A program made the position numbers and the translations under genes. The notes beneath the pieces are model-generated. The model saw only the letters and a program-made list of their open reading frames with translations, was not told the DNA's origin and did no database searches. DNA of 64,000 nucleotides, taken from positions 32,001 through 96,000 of the IMG/VR virus record IMGVR_UViG_3300009716_000731; one strand, given 5' to 3'. The stretch's first letter is position 1. The number at the start of each line of letters is the position of its first letter. The stretch comes from a virus (taxonomy: Duplodnaviria > Caudoviricetes). Of this stretch, positions 59,136-64,000 are shown in pieces.

Positions 59136-59756
59136 TTAATATCCAGAAACAAGTGGTGGATTAATTGTAAATTGATTATCAATGTATTCATCAATGAAGT
59201 AGTCATAAACAAAATCAGCTTGTAGTGATTCTATAATATTGTTTTGAGACCAATCCATAGTATAACCTTGTAACTTAGTAATTTGACAGTTTTGGAAAGT
59301 AACTCTTCTTAAAACAACACCTTTTTTATCGTGTTGATTAACAATAATAGTACCGATAATATCACTTTTATAGTGAAGAGCACCATTTTGAGAGTTGAAT
59401 ACTAAGTCATACCATGCTTTCATAGTATTCCAGTTCTCCATAGAACCTTGTTGATTAACATTCACTTGGAAAGGAATTGATAATACACCAGAGGTTTTAG
59501 TTGGAGTAGTAACAAACTCTCTTGTAGAGTATTTGAATCTTTGTTGTTTAGTTACAACGTCAAACTCTGTTAAGTTAAGATCAATCTTAGTTGAGTTTTG
59601 TAGCAATAAAATTGGATCTCTACCTTGTGCTTGTAAGATAACAGGTAAAATAAATGTTATCTCAAAAAGGTTAGTATATACAACTTCATCAGGTAATGTA
59701 CCTGGTCCTCCAGGTGAACCTACGCCTTGTAATTGAGTAAAATGAGGTAAGGGCAT
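59136..59756 (-). CDS. Tail tube protein
   Basis: NLFEITF, WYDLVFN...G...YK...G.IIV...D.KG...R..F, acidic C-terminal strand; structural gene context. Confidence 0.75.
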   Translation of the reverse strand: MPLPHFTQLQGVGSPGGPGTLPDEVVYTNLFEITFILPVILQAQGRDPILLLQNSTKIDLNLTEFDVVTKQQRFKYSTREFVTTPTKTSGVLSIPFQVNVNQQGSMENWNTMKAWYDLVFNSQNGALHYKSDIIGTIIVNQHDKKGVVLRRVTFQNCQITKLQGYTMDWSQNNIIESLQADFVYDYFIDEYIDNQFTINPPLVSGY

Positions 59757-59845
59757 AATTATATAGATTATTTTTTATAAAAATATATATTAATAATTTT
59801 TATTTCTCTAAGTATATATTTATTTCTAAAAGTCATTTTTTTCTA

Positions 59846-60646
59846 TTATATGCTTTTGAAGAAGCCTTTTTTATATTTAATATTATTTTTTTTGCAAAAA
59901 TTATATATTTTTCTCCAATGACAATCAAATATTTTTGAAATATCTAATATATTTAATCCGGAATCAATTTTGTTGGTTAACTCCTCTATTGATATTTTTG
60001 ATCTGTTGCTATTATATTTAACACCGGTATCTAATATTAATTTACATTTATCAAACTTTCTTTTAAGACCAATTTCATAATTATTTGGATATAAAAAGTT
60101 ATATAATTTTTTTATCTCATCATATTTTTTTATTCTTATAAATGAACTTTTATTACCATTTTTACTCTCAACTTTTCTTATTTCATATTGTCCTATGTTT
60201 ATTTTATCAAATAAGTTAATCATGTGTGACCAATCTTGCTCAAACGATGAGGTTATATAAAATTGCCTAATTCTATTCTTCTCATTAAAATAAAAACAAC
60301 CGTCTCCATCTATTAGACCTAAGTAAAAATATCGTTTTAAACTATCTGGTATTATTTCTAATAATAGTGTTGGTGAGTTAGTACTCTTACTTATGTAGTA
60401 TTTAGAGAAAAATGAATCATATATCTTTGTATTGCAGAAATATATTGTCTTTTGAGGTCTTCTATTTTTTCTATGTCTATCTATAGTGCATATTTTTAGA
60501 AATTTTACTTCCTTTATGTTATTTACTATTGTATCTGCATCATCCTTTAATATCTCTATTCCTATTCTATTTCTCTCAATAAAGCCGTCAGACCATAGAA
60601 ATCCTAAAAAATAAACAAAATTTTTATCATATTCTATCATAAACAT
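59846..60646 (-). CDS. Double-motif LAGLIDADG homing endonuclease
   Basis: YFLGFLWSDG and FYLGLIDGDG; LKRK. Confidence 0.9.
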   Translation of the reverse strand: MFMIEYDKNFVYFLGFLWSDGFIERNRIGIEILKDDADTIVNNIKEVKFLKICTIDRHRKNRRPQKTIYFCNTKIYDSFFSKYYISKSTNSPTLLLEIIPDSLKRYFYLGLIDGDGCFYFNEKNRIRQFYITSSFEQDWSHMINLFDKINIGQYEIRKVESKNGNKSSFIRIKKYDEIKKLYNFLYPNNYEIGLKRKFDKCKLILDTGVKYNSNRSKISIEELTNKIDSGLNILDISKIFDCHWRKIYNFCKKNNIKYKKGFFKSI

Positions 60647-60710
60647 TTATATTTTTTTAAGTATAATATATATAACTATATATAAAAATTATATAGTGTC
60701 CTTATACACA

Positions 60711-61832
60711 ATGAGTAAAATTTTTATGATCGGAGATACCCATATAGGGTTAGGCTTTCCTAATAACACAGATAAATGGTTTAAAGTACATAAACAATAT
60801 TTTAGAGATTTTTTAATACCTTTATTAAAAAATAATGTAGGATGTAATGATATTATAGTACATTTGGGAGATTTATTTGATAATCGTAATGTTATTCCTA
60901 TAAACTTAATGAATTTTGCTTTAGATGTTGTTGAAGAGATTAGTAGAATAGCACCTTTTCATATAATTATAGGAAACCATGATCTTTATTCGAAAAGTAC
61001 TAGTGAAATAAACTCCGTTAGACCTTTCAAACATATCGACAATGTATTCATTTACGATAAACCAACTAAAATCAATTATAATAATATTGATATATTGATG
61101 ATTCCATATATTGATAATAAAAAGGAATTAATAAGTATTATAAATGATAATAAAGATTGTACTTATTTATTTTGTCATTCTGATTTGAATGGTGCAAAAA
61201 TGCACTTAACATCAGTTGGTCATAAAAATTCCGATAAAATAGATATAGAAAATTTCAACCTTTTTAAGAAGGTTTATTCTGGTCATTATCATATAGTACA
61301 GCGTGAACAAAACTTTAATTTTGTTGGTTCTATCTTTCAAATGGATAGAAATGATTATGGTGATCAAAAAGGTATTTTTGTTTTAGATACTGATACTGGT
61401 GAAGAAACATTTATTGAGAATAAAGTTTCACCTGTTTTTAAGAAGTTTAGAGTTACTAATGAAGATGACATTGAGCAATTAGATAATCTAAAACTAACAA
61501 ATGATTATATCGATTTATCTATATCAAATAGTTTATTAGTAAGTAATCGAAAACTAAGAAGAAAATTAGAAGTTATACTTGAAAGTAATAGTTTCTCATC
61601 TATTGAGTATTTAGATGATATTGTTGAGAAAGTAGATGTTGATTCGGAAGTTGAAGTAGCCATCGATGGTGAAAGTATTGATATATCTATACAATTAGAT
61701 TATGCTGATTATATAAAAGAATATATTTCTAAGCAAAAATATGATAATCAAAACTTTAAGGATGGTTTGTTATCTGAGTATGATCAAGTGATAGATATTT
61801 ACAATGAGGGATATAGAAACAAAAAAGAATAA
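60711..61832 (+). CDS. Recombination endonuclease subunit (T4 gp47/Mre11/SbcD-like)
   Basis: GDTHIG, GDLFD, GNHD, CH, SGHYH. Confidence 0.92.
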   Translation: MSKIFMIGDTHIGLGFPNNTDKWFKVHKQYFRDFLIPLLKNNVGCNDIIVHLGDLFDNRNVIPINLMNFALDVVEEISRIAPFHIIIGNHDLYSKSTSEINSVRPFKHIDNVFIYDKPTKINYNNIDILMIPYIDNKKELISIINDNKDCTYLFCHSDLNGAKMHLTSVGHKNSDKIDIENFNLFKKVYSGHYHIVQREQNFNFVGSIFQMDRNDYGDQKGIFVLDTDTGEETFIENKVSPVFKKFRVTNEDDIEQLDNLKLTNDYIDLSISNSLLVSNRKLRRKLEVILESNSFSSIEYLDDIVEKVDVDSEVEVAIDGESIDISIQLDYADYIKEYISKQKYDNQNFKDGLLSEYDQVIDIYNEGYRNKKE

Positions 61833-61859
61833 GTAAACTTATTCTTTTTTTTTATTTTT

Positions 61860-62210
61860 CTATACTGAGAAGTAAAGTAAGATTATAGTTCCTAATACAC
61901 CTCCATAAGAACCCATTCTTATATCTGTCATACTAAATGGAGCTCCTTTTACTGCATAATACCATTCTCTAGCAAAGTTTACAACAAAAGCACCAAATCC
62001 ACCTATAAACATTTGAAATAGATAAGGTGTCTCATCTAAGTAAGCATATTCTCTTAGAAACCACACTGCTCCTATTGTTAAAAACATACTTAAAAACAAG
62101 TGTAAATAGTATCTTTCTGTTATGAATTTTTTTGTGAATATTTCTTTAATATCTAAGATATATTCTTTTGCGTGTTGAAACACTACTGGACAAATTGTAC
62201 ATTTTATCAT
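61860..62210 (-). CDS. Three-TM membrane protein
   Basis: Three hydrophobic helices; REWY, DIR. Confidence 0.65.
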   Translation of the reverse strand: MIKCTICPVVFQHAKEYILDIKEIFTKKFITERYYLHLFLSMFLTIGAVWFLREYAYLDETPYLFQMFIGGFGAFVVNFAREWYYAVKGAPFSMTDIRMGSYGGVLGTIILLYFSV

Positions 62211-62232
62211 TTTTATTTAATTATTTTTTAGT

Positions 62233-62502
62233 CTATTGAAAGATTTTAGTCAATTTTATTTTAAGATTATTATTTCCTTTTATAACTCTATGATAAACAC
62301 CCATCGGTATAAAAATTTGACCTTCTATCTTTTTTGGTAGTTCATTATCAATTTGAATTAACCAATCTGTATCATTAATAGATTCAATTATTCTATCTTC
62401 TCTATCTCTATGCCATCTATACTCTCCGGAGTCAGTATCTTGACTAAACTCTCTAATGAAAGTATTTTTTGAGATTACTTGTTCGTTAAATGGTAGTCCC
62501 AT
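62233..62502 (-). CDS. Small cupin-like protein
   Basis: WHRD.EDR, IFIPMGVYHRV. Confidence 0.7.
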   Translation of the reverse strand: MGLPFNEQVISKNTFIREFSQDTDSGEYRWHRDREDRIIESINDTDWLIQIDNELPKKIEGQIFIPMGVYHRVIKGNNNLKIKLTKIFQ

Positions 62503-62503
62503 G

Positions 62504-62893
62504 CTATTTTAGAGTAATTATTTTCACACTATGTCTATCAGGTATATAACCCGTGAAATCACGATTAATAGTTTCAATATTATATTTTTTTTCTTTAGAT
62601 AATCTCTGCCAAACAATTGCTGCTTGTTTTGATCTATTACCACTTGATATAATAGCTTTAATACCATTATTAAATAAATAATCAATACTTAGTTTTATAA
62701 ATTGATAACCATCAACAGATTTATCATCTTTCATATATCCAATTATATACACCGTATCATTTTCTCTATTAAGAAAGTCAAATACCCCACATCTTTTATC
62801 ACCATTGTACCAAGTTAATGAATTTCTATTGGGTTCTTTTTCTACTCTATAAGAATCGGTTATACTTTCATTTAAGAATCTTAAATATTTCAT
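62504..62893 (-). CDS. Hypothetical protein with CTS-like tag, possible GNAT-like fold
   Basis: Starts MKYLRFLNE; S.QA..VW.RL. Confidence 0.6.
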   Translation of the reverse strand: MKYLRFLNESITDSYRVEKEPNRNSLTWYNGDKRCGVFDFLNRENDTVYIIGYMKDDKSVDGYQFIKLSIDYLFNNGIKAIISSGNRSKQAAIVWQRLSKEKKYNIETINRDFTGYIPDRHSVKIITLK

Positions 62894-63531
62894 TCTATGT
62901 ATATTTTTTTATGATTATTACTATTATTGAAAAAATCTAAATATTTTTCTTCAAATCCTTTTTTACATATCACTGCAAATGTTGAATTTGAACTTTCTTT
63001 ATTATAACCAATTCCTGAGTAATAATTAAATGTATATCCTGTAATATTTTTACTTAAAAAATTAAAATTAATCTTAGATCTTTTATTCATATTTGATATT
63101 AAACATTTTTCACCTTTCATATTTATATGCCAAATAGTTATACACTCTGGTGAATATTCTTCTATAAATTTTTTTGTTATATAACTAATTATGGATATAA
63201 TTTTTAGTGCATTTTTTCCAACTTGTATAAAACCTGATGAGTAATCAAAAGATGATTTATAATTTTTTGAATCAACATCATAGTCTCTTGTCCATTTATT
63301 GGATTTTCCAATGTGATTAAATATAACATGCCAATCAAATCCTTCAAAATTGAAAAAATACTCTACTCTATCACTATCTACCTTTTTAGTAAAATTAATA
63401 GGAGTTAGACCAAAATTTAGTTCTTCAAATAATCTTAAATATTTTATACGTCCAAAACCTTTACTTCTATTGAATTTATTACAGAAGTCTGAGATATTTA
63501 CAAATTCTTCAAATAATTTTATCATATTCAT
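62890..63531 (-). CDS. Hypothetical protein with tandem CTS-like motifs
   Basis: MIKLFEEF and internal IKYLRLFEE. Confidence 0.65.
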   Translation of the reverse strand: MNMIKLFEEFVNISDFCNKFNRSKGFGRIKYLRLFEELNFGLTPINFTKKVDSDRVEYFFNFEGFDWHVIFNHIGKSNKWTRDYDVDSKNYKSSFDYSSGFIQVGKNALKIISIISYITKKFIEEYSPECITIWHINMKGEKCLISNMNKRSKINFNFLSKNITGYTFNYYSGIGYNKESSNSTFAVICKKGFEEKYLDFFNNSNNHKKIYIE

Positions 63532-63543
63532 AATTATTTATTT

Positions 63544-63999
63544 TTACCAATAGCCGGGATATGTTTTACCACCAAATAAGTGACCATATTTATTTATTCT
63601 ACAAGCCCAATAACCTGCTTTGGTTTTATCTTTTTTCATATCGCAATTATGTCTAGCAGCAAATGCTTTTCTTGCTTTAGGATCGCTTACCTTAGCTGTT
63701 AAGCCACCGTGTACATCACCAAATGCAATTTTTTTAACTTTACCTGTTTTAGGATTTTTAACATAAACATGATACTTTTTAGTACCACCTCTCATAGGAT
63801 AATTTAGCTTAACTTCTCTTCCTTGATATTCTGCTTCATTTAGCTCTATTATTGTTTCCATTGGTAAATCCAAAGGAACTATTTGACCTTCATATTCTGC
63901 AAAGTGACCTATATCAGTGGATTCAAACAATTCTTGATCCAATTCTGATAACTCAATTTGATTACTATCAAATAGCTGTCTTGCTTCTTTGATCAAATC
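63544..63999 (-). CDS. Hypothetical phage protein; 5' end probably beyond the window
   Basis: KKIAFGD...ARKAFAARHNC...AGYWAC; frame open to the window edge. Confidence 0.7.
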   Translation of the reverse strand, partial: DLIKEARQLFDSNQIELSELDQELFESTDIGHFAEYEGQIVPLDLPMETIIELNEAEYQGREVKLNYPMRGGTKKYHVYVKNPKTGKVKKIAFGDVHGGLTAKVSDPKARKAFAARHNCDMKKDKTKAGYWACRINKYGHLFGGKTYPGYW

Positions 64000-64000
64000 A

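Noticed and set aside
931-63553. Remaining short antisense ORFs in the track (e.g. 931+, 3431+, 3692+, 7782-, 13118-, 40223+, 49455-, 51432-, 59533+, 63350+)
   Set aside because: They are nested opposite well-supported genes, often have non-ATG starts, and show no motifs.
1-64000. Genome-wide TAG or TGA stop-codon reassignment (Lak/crAss-like)
   Set aside because: Conserved genes are full length in code 11, and TAG occurs at natural gene ends (e.g. trxB TAG-TAA, 36483, 57263).
1-64000. Bacterial chromosome origin suggested by coaD, trxB, folA, nusA and clpP
   Set aside because: These genes are isolated from their usual operons and interspersed with T4-like terminase, sheath, tube, gp47 and gp52 genes and phage-type motifs.

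Overview
This is a very AT-rich, gene-dense segment of a T4-like/jumbo myophage genome in the standard genetic code, most likely infecting a Bacteroidota (Flavobacterium-like) host. Core phage genes include a fractured terminase large subunit, tail sheath, tail tube, baseplate hub, a gp52-like topoisomerase subunit and a gp47-like nuclease. Host-like genes include coaD, trxB, folA, nusA, clpP and clpS. There is also a C5 DNA methyltransferase, two tRNA-like genes and seven free-standing homing endonucleases. Main observations: (1) TerL is split in its Walker A motif by an atypically split intein with helical appendages, with a Vsr-like endonuclease gene between the halves. (2) An 18-bp inverted repeat brackets the divergent terL-N promoter and both start codons. 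(3) A stripped-down aminoacylation set: a 419-aa LeuRS lacking its editing and accessory domains, an AsnRS-like core without an anticodon domain, a Trbp111-like domain fused to a HAD phosphatase, and an aberrant tRNA that can fold with a CUA anticodon. (4) Two mutually exclusive peptide tags: an N-terminal T4-CTS-like motif on about 19 mostly late-promoter proteins, and a C-terminal R-[DE]-x-K-[IL]-x-x-[IL] motif on about 15 unrelated small ORFs. (5) An orphan fragment resembling the 3' end of a Bacteroidota U32 peptidase gene. All assignments come from reading motifs by eye; no database searches were run.
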